Source: Clostridia bacterium
GTDB lineage: Bacteria > Bacillota > Clostridia > Oscillospirales > CAG-382
Direction of reading: 5' to 3'
Assembly: GCA_017549405.1 (NCBI GenBank)
Contig: JAFYUY010000136.1
Coordinates: 1 to 37,865, forward strand
DNA: 37,865 nt
In this document: positions 26,684 to 36,318 of the stretch, in pieces
Layout: the number at the start of each line of letters is the position of its first letter
Position numbering within the stretch: the stretch's first letter is position 1
Made by a program: the position numbers and the translations under genes
Notes under the pieces: model-generated
Told to the model about the DNA's origin: nothing
Database searches by the model: none
What the model saw: only the letters and a program-made list of their open reading frames with translations

Positions 26684-27967
26684 TTATATTTCTTTATTGT
26701 TTTTCAAAAATTCCGCGGTCTCATAAAGGGCGGGACATATCTTTGCACCGCAGGAGCTCAGATGTGATTCTGTGTTTTCAAGAGATTTTAATATCACAGA
26801 ATCAAGACTTTCTTTGAGCATTTTTTCATTTCCCGCGTATTTTTTCATAAGCCCGCAAAGCTCCTCACGCAACGTTGTGCAGCATTTGTGTGTGCGCCCC
26901 GGCTCTGTAAAATCCGCTATAAATATTATTTTTTCAAAAATATCCATTCCCGCGCGGCCCGTGGTATGGTTATATACCGCACGGAACACCCGCGTGTTCA
27001 CACCGTAGTTTTCAAGGGCAAAGTACGCGCCCGACCACGAGTGATAGACCGCACAGTAACCTTCATGCCCGCGCATAAAGGTATTAAGATAGCTTTCGTG
27101 CCATTCATCGCTTTTGCGTTTTGTGAAATCATGAAGCAATGCCGCAGCTGAAATATCTGCAAAATATTCCTTGCCATAGCCGTAAAGAGGCAGATAAACT
27201 TCAGCAAGGTCAAGAGCCGTCTTTTCCACGGAAAGGGTGTGGGAAAGTCGTTTTTCATCGATTTGTGACGGCAAAGCTTCTCTTATACGCAAAAGAGTTT
27301 CATTGTCGGTAATGTCGGAGTTTTTATCAGCATCCGAATATACCGCATTTTCAATTATATACCCGTAAAGCTCATCGGTCAAGTATTTTTTACATTCTTT
27401 TTGAGCGGAAACGTCAGCATTTGAGTCTTCAAAAAGACCCCGAAGCTTTGTGCTTGAAATTTCAAGGGGCACAAGGGGCAAAAGTATATATTCGCAACCG
27501 TATTTTTTGCGGAAATTTTCGCAGCACGCTTTAATGTTTCCGGCATCCTCCTCGCTTCGTGCGGCAGTAACCAAAATGCATTTTTCAAAAAGCTTGCGGA
27601 AATCCTTCCAGTTTTCAAACCAGAACAGCATATCGCTGCCCACATACATATATATTTTTTCACATCCGTGAAGCTTTATAAGGCTTTCCACTGTATCAAC
27701 AGTATAGCTCTTTCCGTCTCTTGCAAGCTCCATTGCCGAAAACACCGTGGTGCAGGGCATATTGCGGAAAGCAATACGTGCCATGGAAAAGCGTTGTGCG
27801 GCTGAGCCTTTTCCCGCCATTTCTTTGTGGGGCGGGACGGATGACGGCATTATATAAAGTACATCGGGAGAAATTGCCTTTGCAAATTCCGTGCATGCGG
27901 AAATGTGCCCTGTGTGGGGCGGATTAAACGTGCCGCCAAAAAGGGCGATCTTGGGAGAGCCGTTCAT
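26684..27967 (-). CDS. nadD: Fused nicotinate-nucleotide adenylyltransferase NadD / HD-domain Ap4A hydrolase YqeK
   Basis: N-half FGGTFNPPHTGH, PPHK, GSDM and ISST; C-half R..H..SV, LLHDFTK, HTTG and IADFTEPGR; single frame. Confidence 0.92.
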   Translation of the reverse strand: MNGSPKIALFGGTFNPPHTGHISACTEFAKAISPDVLYIMPSSVPPHKEMAGKGSAAQRFSMARIAFRNMPCTTVFSAMELARDGKSYTVDTVESLIKLHGCEKIYMYVGSDMLFWFENWKDFRKLFEKCILVTAARSEEDAGNIKACCENFRKKYGCEYILLPLVPLEISSTKLRGLFEDSNADVSAQKECKKYLTDELYGYIIENAVYSDADKNSDITDNETLLRIREALPSQIDEKRLSHTLSVEKTALDLAEVYLPLYGYGKEYFADISAAALLHDFTKRKSDEWHESYLNTFMRGHEGYCAVYHSWSGAYFALENYGVNTRVFRAVYNHTTGRAGMDIFEKIIFIADFTEPGRTHKCCTTLREELCGLMKKYAGNEKMLKESLDSVILKSLENTESHLSSCGAKICPALYETAEFLKNNKEI

Positions 27968-28278
27968 TTCTTTTTGACGGGAAGCTCTATTTTGCGGTTT
28001 TCGTCCTTTCGTGCTTCACGGTAAAATACTATTTTTCTGCCTATCATCTGCACGGACTGTGCTCCTGTGGCATCGCATATCATCTGTGCCGCTTCTTTAA
28101 CGGTATGCTCGCAGGTCTCAAGCAGGGATATTTTAATAAGTTCGCGCTTTTCCAAAACGTCATCTATCTGGCTTATAAAATTGTCGCTTATACCTTCTTT
28201 TCCGAGCTGAAAAATAGCATCGAGGCGGTTTGCAAGTCCGCGCAGATACGCGCGCTGTGAGCTGTTTAATTTTTCCAT
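27964..28278 (-). CDS. yhbY: Ribosome assembly RNA-binding protein YhbY
   Basis: LNSSQRAYLRGLA, QLGKEG, RELIKI and VQMIGRKIVFYR. Confidence 0.95.
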   Translation of the reverse strand: MEKLNSSQRAYLRGLANRLDAIFQLGKEGISDNFISQIDDVLEKRELIKISLLETCEHTVKEAAQMICDATGAQSVQMIGRKIVFYREARKDENRKIELPVKKK

Positions 28279-28293
28279 GTATTATATCTCCGA

Positions 28294-28905
28294 TCAAAAT
28301 TCAATATCGCGCAGAATTACTTTCAGTTGTTCAAGTGCGCGGTTTCTGTGGCTTATGCTGTTTTTCTCCTCGGCAGAAAGCTCCCCGAAGGTTTTTGCCA
28401 TGGCTGTGCAGTAGAATATGGGGTCATAACCGAAACCGCCGTTTCCGCGCATCTCGCAGGTTATAACACCCTCGCACACACCGACTGTGCAGTATTCACG
28501 CCCGTCGGGAAATACCAGCGCTATTGCCGAAACGAAGCGTGCCGTGCGCTCGCCCGAGGGAATAAGCTTCATATCTTCGAGAAGCTTATCTATATTCGCC
28601 TGATCCGATGCATTTCCGCCATCCACCGATGCATATCTTGCGGAATATATACCGGGGGCACCGCCAAGAGCGTCTACGGAAAGTCCCGAATCATCGGCAA
28701 TGGCGGGTTTTCCCGTAAGTGCTGCAACTGTGCGTGCCTTTATCTTTGCGTTTTCCTCAAAGGTGGTACCATTTTCTTCTATGTCGCCCGTAACGCCCGC
28801 ATCACGCATGGTCACAAGCTCAATATCGCGCACACCGTCAAGGATCGCCGCCATTTCCGTCACCTTGTGGGCATTACCCGTGGCAACGATGATCGTATTT
28901 TTCAT
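28294..28905 (-). CDS. rdgB: Non-canonical purine NTP pyrophosphatase (RdgB/HAM1)
   Basis: ATGNAHK, E.G.TFEENA..KA, ADDSGL, PGIYSARY, GFGYDPIF and KNSISHR. Confidence 0.96.
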   Translation of the reverse strand: MKNTIIVATGNAHKVTEMAAILDGVRDIELVTMRDAGVTGDIEENGTTFEENAKIKARTVAALTGKPAIADDSGLSVDALGGAPGIYSARYASVDGGNASDQANIDKLLEDMKLIPSGERTARFVSAIALVFPDGREYCTVGVCEGVITCEMRGNGGFGYDPIFYCTAMAKTFGELSAEEKNSISHRNRALEQLKVILRDIEF

Positions 28906-28922
28906 ACTTTTTTCTCCGTTAT

Positions 28923-29831
28923 TTATTCTTCAAAAAGAGCTTTTACAAAATCCTGAGGTTCAAATTCCTGAAGATCGTCCATCTGCTCGCCCACGCCGAT
29001 ATATTTTACGGGGATTCCGAGCACTTTTTTGATGGAGATAACGATTCCGCCCTTTGCCGTGCCGTCAAGCTTTGTAAGCACGATTCCGGTAATATCCGCA
29101 GCGTTTTTGAATTCCTTTGCCTGATTTACCGCATTCTGACCGGTAACGGCATCCAGCACAAGAAGTGTTTCACGCGATGCTCCGGGAAGCTCGCGGTCGA
29201 TAACCCGGTTTATTTTTGCAAGCTCGTTCATAAGGTTCTTTTTGTTGTGCAGTCTTCCCGCAGTATCAACGATAAGAACATCGGCATTTTTCGCCTTTGC
29301 GGCAGAAGCCGCATCAAAAACGACTGCTGCAGGGTCGGAGCCTTCGGTGCGCTTTATAATAGGAACATCAACGCGGTGTGCCCATTCTTCAAGCTGATCT
29401 ATTGCTGCCGCACGGAAGGTATCTGCCGCTGCAAGCACAACGGATCTTCCGCTGTCTTTAAGTCTTTTTGCTATCTTGGCGATGGAGGTCGTCTTTCCAA
29501 CACCGTTAACTCCGATAACAAGCACTACCGCAGGGCGGTTTTCAAGATCAAGGGTGCCCCCCTGACCTATCATTTCGCAAAGTATCTCCATAAGAGCCTG
29601 CTTTGCGGCTTCGGGCTCGTTTATTCTTTGCTCTTTTATTCTGTCGCGCAGGTTTTCGATTATCTCCTCGGTGGCTTCAACACCGACATCTGCGGCAATA
29701 AGAACTTCTTCAAGCTCTTCGAGCATATCTTCGTCAACACTCACAAAATGCTTGAAAATATCATTTACCTGCTTGAATACCGAATCCTTCGTCTTTTTAA
29801 GTCCTGCTTTGAGTTTTTCAAAAAATCCCAT
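28923..29831 (-). CDS. ftsY: Signal recognition particle receptor FtsY
   Basis: GVNGVGKTT, DTFRAAA, DTAGR, TKLDGTAKGG and GVGE. Confidence 0.98.
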   Translation of the reverse strand: MGFFEKLKAGLKKTKDSVFKQVNDIFKHFVSVDEDMLEELEEVLIAADVGVEATEEIIENLRDRIKEQRINEPEAAKQALMEILCEMIGQGGTLDLENRPAVVLVIGVNGVGKTTSIAKIAKRLKDSGRSVVLAAADTFRAAAIDQLEEWAHRVDVPIIKRTEGSDPAAVVFDAASAAKAKNADVLIVDTAGRLHNKKNLMNELAKINRVIDRELPGASRETLLVLDAVTGQNAVNQAKEFKNAADITGIVLTKLDGTAKGGIVISIKKVLGIPVKYIGVGEQMDDLQEFEPQDFVKALFEE

Positions 29832-29886
29832 TTTTTACCTCTGAATATAGTTATTAGTCGTTTTGCAAGGAATTTTGTTCCTCATT

Positions 29887-32800
29887 TTACAGCTTGAGTC
29901 CCGTTTTCTTTTCAACCTCATCCACATCGACTTTCAAGAAGCTGGAGATGCCCTTTTCCTGCATGGTCACACCGTAAAGACGGTCTGCCGCCTCCATACT
30001 TCCTCGTCTGTGGGTGATAACTACAAACTGGGTGTCGCTACTGTGACGGCGCAGATATTCGCCAAATCTTATAACGTTAACGTCGTCAAGTGCCGCTTCT
30101 ATTTCGTCGAAGATATAGAAAGGTGCAGGATTTACGTTAAGTATTGCAAAATAAAGCGCAATGGCGGTAAATGCCTGCTCTCCGCCCGAAAGGAGCGATA
30201 TGCTCTTTACCATCTTTCCGGGTGGCTGAACGTTTATCTCGATGCCCGATTCAAGAATGTTTTCTTCGTCGGAAATGACAATAGAAGCCGAACCGCCACC
30301 GAAAAGCTCTGTGAACACTATGCCGAACTGGCTGTTTATCTTTTCGATCGCATCTGAGAACATTCTCTTCATGTCTGCCTCAAGACGCTTTATGACGTTC
30401 TCAAGGCTCTTGCCCGAGCTTTCAAGGTCTTCTATCTGCTTTGACATGAATTCATAACGTTCTTTGGTCTCGCGGTACTCCTCCACGGCATTTACGTTTA
30501 CACTGCCAAGGGCGCGTATTTTTGCACGTACCGAGGCAAGCTCCTGAACCGATGAAGAGTCGGGCTTGGGGTAATTAAGCGATGCAGCATCGGTATATGT
30601 CAGCTCGTATTCTTCCCACAGCTTTGCGGTAAGCGTATCGTATTCCTTGCGGCGTTCCTCCAGTGCGCTTTCGCATTTGGTAAGCTCGCGGAAGAACACT
30701 TCTTTATCTCGGATGATATCGCTCTGTGCCGAACGAAGGTCGTTTATCTGCTTTTCAAGCAAAAGAAGGTAAGATCTGCTTTCTTCAAATATTGCTCGCT
30801 TTTCAGAAAGTGCGGTGTCAAGCTCGGCTATTCTTTCCGAACCGTGCTCCAGCGCTTCACGTATTTCAAGAAGCTTTTGTTCAAGTCCCGCTTTTTCTTC
30901 ATCAAGAAGCGTTATTCTGTGCTCCGTATCTGCTATTCTGCGGTTGGCATCGTTCACTGCATCTTTTGCCGATGTGCTGTCTTTTTCTGCGGCATAAAGC
31001 TTCATGCGGCATTCCGTAAGGGAATTTTCGCATTTTTCGCAGTTTTCTTCAAGTTCCTCACGTTTAAGCTCTGCGGCAGTGATTTTTTCTTCGATATCAC
31101 GCAGCTTTTCTTCAAATTCCTGCTTTTCACGGGCAAGCTTTTCAAGGATATTTTCGCCCGCACCCTTACCGAACTCCTCAAGCTGTTCTTTTGCGTGCGC
31201 AATACGCGCATTGCAGGCATTCAGTCTTTCGGTATGAAGATCGATATCGCCCTGTGCTTTATACAGCTCGCCTTCGCAGTTGGAAAGGTCGTTCTTTATG
31301 GCTTCGGTAAAGCTCAGCGCTTCCGCTTTGTTTTCTGCTATCTCCCTGAGTTCGGCAGAAATCTTCTGAGCCTGGCGCAAATAATCGGCTATCTGTTTTT
31401 CAAGGGCATCTATGTCGGCATTTCTTGACATAGCTCCCGTCTTTGCTGCGGCGGAACCGCCCGTGTAGGAACCGCCTGCGTTTATAAGCTGACCGTCAAG
31501 GGTCACAACGCGGTAACGGAAACGGTATTTGCGTGCAATGCGCGACGCACTGTCTATGTTGTCTGCAACAACGGTGCGTCCCAGCAGATATTCCGCAACG
31601 ATCTTGTATTCTTTATCGCAGTTTACAAGTAAAGAGCCGATGCCGACAAAGCCGTTCTCCCGTTCGATGCCGGGTTCTTCAATGTTGTTTGCACGGATGG
31701 ATGTCAAGGGGAGGAAGGTTGCTCTGCCCGCACCTCGTTCCTTAAGGAAACGTATGGCGCTCTTGGCACTGTCCTCGTCCTTCACAACTATGTTTGTAAC
31801 TGCGGCGCCAAGGGCTGTTTCTATGGCGGTAACATATTCTCCCGAAACCGAAAGCAGTTTTGATACGGGACCGCATATACCGGGAAGGCTCTGCTCGTTC
31901 ATGACAGCCTTAACACTTCCGGGGAAGCCGTCAAGCAGCTTGTCCATGCGTTCAAGAGTTTCTTTGCGGTGGACATCCGATGCGTATTTTGCGGCAATAT
32001 CATTTTTTATCTTTAAAAGCTCGTCGTGCTTTGCGGCAAGCTTATCGAGAGTCTCCTGTTCTTCGCGCAGGGATTCGGAAAGGTCGTTTTTCTCCTCGGT
32101 TGCAGCATCGAGTCTTTCCTTTGCCGCTTCAAGATAACCATTCACCTCGGAGATTTCCTCAAGGGTCTTTGCTATCTCGCTTTCAATGAAGCCACGGCGC
32201 TCGGCGGCGCTCTTTTCGTCGCTTTGCGCAGCATTTTCGCTTATGCGGTTGCCGATAATTGCCTCTTCCGTTTCGCGCTTCTGAGAAAGAAGAAGAGAAA
32301 TTTCGGTCTCCTTGCGTGCAAGCTCCGCTTCGGCAAGCTCGAGATTCTGCTTTTCGCCCGCTTCAAGATCGGATGCATTTTCAAGGATGGCAAGGGAAGA
32401 ATTATATTTTTCGGTGTTCTTGCCCAGTTCCTCACGCAAAAGCTTTAGTTCTCCGTCGGTGATGACAGTTTTTTCGGTATCGATTGCGCTTATTCTCTCG
32501 CCGTAGTGACTTATGTCGTTTTCGGAAAGGGCGCATTTTGATGTGATGTCGTTCTTTTCGTTTTCAAGAGCGGATATTTCTTCGCGCACTTCTTCGGTAA
32601 AGAAGTTCTTTTCTCCGCGTTCCGCCGAAAGAGCCTCGGTTTTTTCCTCGTTTTCGGAAAGCTCTGCATCCTTTGCCGCATAGCTTTCACGGGCGCGCAG
32701 AGTTCTTGCGTCAAACTCCTCCGCCTCCACTGCCGCCTTTGCTATGCGGTCTACCCACAAAGCAACTTCCAGCTCTTTTTTGCGGTCGGCAAGCACAAGA

Positions 32801-33453
32801 TATTTCTTGGCATTTTCCGATGCTTTTTCAAGGGGGCCTATTCTTCCTTCTATTTCGGAAACGATATCCCTCAGGCGGATAAGGTTGTTTTCAGTTTCGT
32901 CCAGCTTCTTTTCCGCATCATTTTTGCGGTAACGGAATTTGGAGATTCCCGCCGCTTCTTCAAAAATATGGCGGCGCTCATCGCTCTTTTGCGATATGAC
33001 CTCTCCGATCTTACCCTGACCTATAACGGAATAGCCTTCCCTGCCTATACCTGTGTTGAGGAAAAGCTCATATATGTCACGAAGACGGGAAGTTTTGTCG
33101 TTTATTTTGTATTCACTGTCGCCCGAGCGGTAATATTTTCTTGTGATTTTTACTTCCTCGTGGTCATCGGGCAATGCTCCGTCGGAATTGTCAAGTATCA
33201 GAGATACCTCGCAAAAGCCCGTTTGCTGGCGTTTTGCCGTACCGCTGAAAATAACGTCTTCCATTTTCTGACCACGCAGGGATTTCGGCGACATTTCGCC
33301 CAAAACCCATCTTACCGCGTCGGAAATATTGCTCTTTCCGCTGCCGTTGGGACCCACGATTGCGGTTATCCCTTTTTCAAAATCCAGCCGTGTTTTATCC
33401 GGGAAGGATTTGAAGCCGCGCATTTCAAGCGCTTTGAGATGCAAATGGTTCAC
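29887..33453 (-). CDS. smc: Chromosome segregation protein SMC
   Basis: GFKSF, GPNGSGKSN, hinge GRATFLPL, LSGGE and FDEIEAALD; 1188 aa (true start may be TTG 33444). Confidence 0.98.
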   Translation of the reverse strand: MNHLHLKALEMRGFKSFPDKTRLDFEKGITAIVGPNGSGKSNISDAVRWVLGEMSPKSLRGQKMEDVIFSGTAKRQQTGFCEVSLILDNSDGALPDDHEEVKITRKYYRSGDSEYKINDKTSRLRDIYELFLNTGIGREGYSVIGQGKIGEVISQKSDERRHIFEEAAGISKFRYRKNDAEKKLDETENNLIRLRDIVSEIEGRIGPLEKASENAKKYLVLADRKKELEVALWVDRIAKAAVEAEEFDARTLRARESYAAKDAELSENEEKTEALSAERGEKNFFTEEVREEISALENEKNDITSKCALSENDISHYGERISAIDTEKTVITDGELKLLREELGKNTEKYNSSLAILENASDLEAGEKQNLELAEAELARKETEISLLLSQKRETEEAIIGNRISENAAQSDEKSAAERRGFIESEIAKTLEEISEVNGYLEAAKERLDAATEEKNDLSESLREEQETLDKLAAKHDELLKIKNDIAAKYASDVHRKETLERMDKLLDGFPGSVKAVMNEQSLPGICGPVSKLLSVSGEYVTAIETALGAAVTNIVVKDEDSAKSAIRFLKERGAGRATFLPLTSIRANNIEEPGIERENGFVGIGSLLVNCDKEYKIVAEYLLGRTVVADNIDSASRIARKYRFRYRVVTLDGQLINAGGSYTGGSAAAKTGAMSRNADIDALEKQIADYLRQAQKISAELREIAENKAEALSFTEAIKNDLSNCEGELYKAQGDIDLHTERLNACNARIAHAKEQLEEFGKGAGENILEKLAREKQEFEEKLRDIEEKITAAELKREELEENCEKCENSLTECRMKLYAAEKDSTSAKDAVNDANRRIADTEHRITLLDEEKAGLEQKLLEIREALEHGSERIAELDTALSEKRAIFEESRSYLLLLEKQINDLRSAQSDIIRDKEVFFRELTKCESALEERRKEYDTLTAKLWEEYELTYTDAASLNYPKPDSSSVQELASVRAKIRALGSVNVNAVEEYRETKERYEFMSKQIEDLESSGKSLENVIKRLEADMKRMFSDAIEKINSQFGIVFTELFGGGSASIVISDEENILESGIEINVQPPGKMVKSISLLSGGEQAFTAIALYFAILNVNPAPFYIFDEIEAALDDVNVIRFGEYLRRHSSDTQFVVITHRRGSMEAADRLYGVTMQEKGISSFLKVDVDEVEKKTGLKL

Positions 33454-33466
33454 TTCCTTTTTGTAT

Positions 33467-34513
33467 CTACGAAAATTTTATATCTACGTTATATTTTTCA
33501 AGTTGAGTTTCTTTGATCTTTATGTTTATGTTTCGGCATCCCATCTCCGAAAGTATTCGGGATATTTCATTTTTGTTGTGCTTTTTCTGCCCTGAAATTT
33601 TTGATGTTTCGCCACACGGTGCAAACACCGTAAGGGTCTTTGCGTCTTGCGGAACGGAACCGAGCTGAGTGATTTTTTCTTTTATAAGATCGAGATAAAC
33701 TGCACTTTCGCACAACTCTCCGAGGGCAGGATGGTTTGCTCCCGCAAATACTTCGTTGGGATCCGAAAGATTTTCCCCCGACTGAAGTCCCACGCGCAAC
33801 ACTTTGACTCCGTTTCTGATGAATATCTTAAGACATTCTGCGGTGCGTGATACCGCATCCCCGATAGTAAGGGGCAAGTATTCTCCGTTTTGAGCCATGT
33901 TGCAAAGTTCCGTTTCCCTGAATACCACGGTGGGGTATATGCGGGTTTCCTTTGCACCGAGACGGCAAATTTCACGGGCTGTATAGATCTCATCCCCGGG
34001 TGTTGATGAGGGCAATCCCGTCATCATCTGACCACCGAGGATAAACCCACGCTCATTTATCAGCCTGCACGCACGCTCGGTCTGCTCGAAGGTGTGCCCT
34101 CTGCGGCAGGCGGAAAGAACTTTATCGCTTGCCGACTGTATGCCGAGTTCAATGTGGCGCACCCCGTAGCGCGAAAGTATGTCGAGTATTTCACCGTCTA
34201 TGTAATCGGGGCGGGTGGAAAGGCGGATGGTTCTGACTTTGCCGCATTTTACGTATTCGTATGCGTCAGCCAGCAGCCTTTCCATGGTGCTTCTGCATAT
34301 TCCCGTAAAGCTTCCGCCGAAAAAAGCTATCTCGGTATCATAGATATCGGGATCTATGGTGCAAAGAGCTTCTTCTATTTCGGGGCGGATATCTCGGTCT
34401 GCGGGGAGAGTTGTTCCCGTGATCTTGCGCTGATTGCAGAAAACACAGTCGTTCGGGCACCCCTCATGCGGGATGAATATGGGAATGTTTGCGTGTTTTT
34501 TTGCTTTATTCAT
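33467..34513 (-). CDS. Radical SAM protein (Elp3/YhcC-like core, no acetyltransferase domain)
   Basis: CPNDCVFC (CxxxCxxC), FFGGSFT, STRPD, ELGIQS and RIYPT. Confidence 0.9.
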   Translation of the reverse strand: MNKAKKHANIPIFIPHEGCPNDCVFCNQRKITGTTLPADRDIRPEIEEALCTIDPDIYDTEIAFFGGSFTGICRSTMERLLADAYEYVKCGKVRTIRLSTRPDYIDGEILDILSRYGVRHIELGIQSASDKVLSACRRGHTFEQTERACRLINERGFILGGQMMTGLPSSTPGDEIYTAREICRLGAKETRIYPTVVFRETELCNMAQNGEYLPLTIGDAVSRTAECLKIFIRNGVKVLRVGLQSGENLSDPNEVFAGANHPALGELCESAVYLDLIKEKITQLGSVPQDAKTLTVFAPCGETSKISGQKKHNKNEISRILSEMGCRNINIKIKETQLEKYNVDIKFS

Positions 34514-35268
34514 TTCGTGTTTATGCTGTTGTCATCGGCTTTACTTTCGGGTATGACCCCAAAAAGCACGAGCGCCATGCGTGCCGCCTGCTGTTCGGCT
34601 TCGCGCTTGGTTCCGCCGCTTCCTTTTCCTATGCAGTTGTTGTTAAGACGGACTTCAAAAAAGAAGCTCTTATCGTGCGGGGGGCCTTCCTCGCCTACCA
34701 TTACGTATTCAAGTATATCTCCGCGGTTCTGCTGAACGAATTGCTGAAGCATGGTCTTGCAGTCTTCGCTTCCTCCGCGACGTGTAAGCTCCTCTATTTT
34801 TTTTGCCACATACGGCAGCGCAAAGCTTTTTGCACAGTTGTATCCGCCGTCAAGATATATTGCTGCAAGAAGCGCTTCAAAAACATCGGCAATAACACTG
34901 CGTCGGTTTCTGCCGTTAGTGAGCTCTTCTCCGTGACCTATAAGCAGAAATTTTCCCGCTTCAAAGCTTGCCGAGTATTCGTAAAGAGCACCCTCGCACA
35001 CCGATGCGGCACGTATTTTCGTAAGATCTCCTTCGGCAAGGCGGTTGTATTCCTCGAAAAGATAGTCCGATGTTATTATGGAAAGCACCGAGTCGCCCAG
35101 AAATTCAAGCCGCTCATAGCATACGGTGTCGGTATTTCCCCTGGCGCGCATTTCGTTTGCGTATGATGAATGGGTAAGGGCTGTCTGTGCCAGCTTTTTG
35201 TTTTTAAAGGTGTATCCGATCCGCTCCTCAAGAAGTTCAAGTGGCAACGGATATTCTTCTTTTTTCAT
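34510..35268 (-). CDS. rnc: Ribonuclease III
   Basis: ALTHSSY, ERLEFLGDSVL, ADVFEA; dsRBD with K..LQ...EGPPH...KREAEQQAA. Confidence 0.98.
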   Translation of the reverse strand: MKKEEYPLPLELLEERIGYTFKNKKLAQTALTHSSYANEMRARGNTDTVCYERLEFLGDSVLSIITSDYLFEEYNRLAEGDLTKIRAASVCEGALYEYSASFEAGKFLLIGHGEELTNGRNRRSVIADVFEALLAAIYLDGGYNCAKSFALPYVAKKIEELTRRGGSEDCKTMLQQFVQQNRGDILEYVMVGEEGPPHDKSFFFEVRLNNNCIGKGSGGTKREAEQQAARMALVLFGVIPESKADDNSINTK

Positions 35269-35286
35269 GATCTGCCTTTCAGTAGA

Positions 35287-36291
35287 TTATTTTATATATT
35301 TTTCCTTGTTCACCGCAAGAGTCTCAAACTCACCGATTATTCCCGACATGGCATAGTTCTTTGCCTGAAGAATACAGTAGCTTATGCTCTTTTCGTTGGA
35401 GCTTCCGTGGGCTTTTATAACAGGTTTGGATATGCCAAGGAACGGCGCACCGCCGAATTCCGAATAGTCCATTTTCTTTTTGAGCTTTGCGATACCGCCC
35501 GCCACAAAAACAGAGCCTAATTTTGTTGCTATGTTTTCGTAGAACAGATCCTTTAAGGTCTTCTTTATAAAGCTCCCGAAGCCTTCACAAAGCTTTAAGA
35601 TTATATTGCCCGTAAACCCGTCGCAGACTATAATATCGGCAACGCCTGCGGGCACGTCACGTCCCTCGATATTTCCGATAAAGTTGATGTTGAGTTCTTT
35701 TAGCTTCTGATGTGTTTCCACATAAAGCGCGGTTCCCTTTTTCTCTTCGGCACCGTTGTTTATAAGGCCAACTTTCGGAGATTTCACGTCCATAACGTGC
35801 TCCATAAAAAGGTGTCCCATAAGAGCAAAATCCGTAAGATGCTCGGGGCATACGTCTGTGTTTGCGCCCGCATCGACTAAAAGCATGGGCTTTCCGAGGG
35901 GTACTATTGCACCGAGTGCCGCACGTCTCATGCCCTTTATCCTGCGGACGATGAGCGTTGCCCCTGTGAAAAGCGCACCTGTGTTGCCTGCGCTCACCAC
36001 GGCATCGCCCTCACCCTCGGAAAGAAGACGGAGGGCAGTTGCCATTGAGGAATCTTTTTTCTCCTTCATAACACAGCCGGGGTCATCTTCCATATTTACC
36101 GGCTCATCGGGGGTATGGTAAACGGAAACTCTTATTTCCGAAAGGGAATTTTCGCGGATGATCTTTCTGATCACGTTTTCGTCACCCACCAGAAGCACAT
36201 CGGCATCGTGGGCGTTTGCGCCTGCGATGGCACCCTTAACTATTGCCTCGGGTGCATTGTCACCGCTCATGCAGTCAACGATTATTTTCAA
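35287..36291 (-). CDS. plsX: Phosphate:acyl-ACP acyltransferase PlsX
   Basis: DCMSGDNAP, SAGNTGA, DAGAN, GNIEG, CDGFTGN, GGAPFLG and KAHGSS; TTG start with SD GGAGG. Confidence 0.97.
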   Translation of the reverse strand: MKIIVDCMSGDNAPEAIVKGAIAGANAHDADVLLVGDENVIRKIIRENSLSEIRVSVYHTPDEPVNMEDDPGCVMKEKKDSSMATALRLLSEGEGDAVVSAGNTGALFTGATLIVRRIKGMRRAALGAIVPLGKPMLLVDAGANTDVCPEHLTDFALMGHLFMEHVMDVKSPKVGLINNGAEEKKGTALYVETHQKLKELNINFIGNIEGRDVPAGVADIIVCDGFTGNIILKLCEGFGSFIKKTLKDLFYENIATKLGSVFVAGGIAKLKKKMDYSEFGGAPFLGISKPVIKAHGSSNEKSISYCILQAKNYAMSGIIGEFETLAVNKEKYIK

Positions 36292-36318
36292 AACAGTTTT
36301 CCTCCGTGATAAAAAAGG

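Noticed and set aside
29887-33453. SMC as part of a Wadjet-type defence system
   Set aside because: Canonical hinge-containing SMC in the standard rnc-smc-ftsY context, with no jet genes
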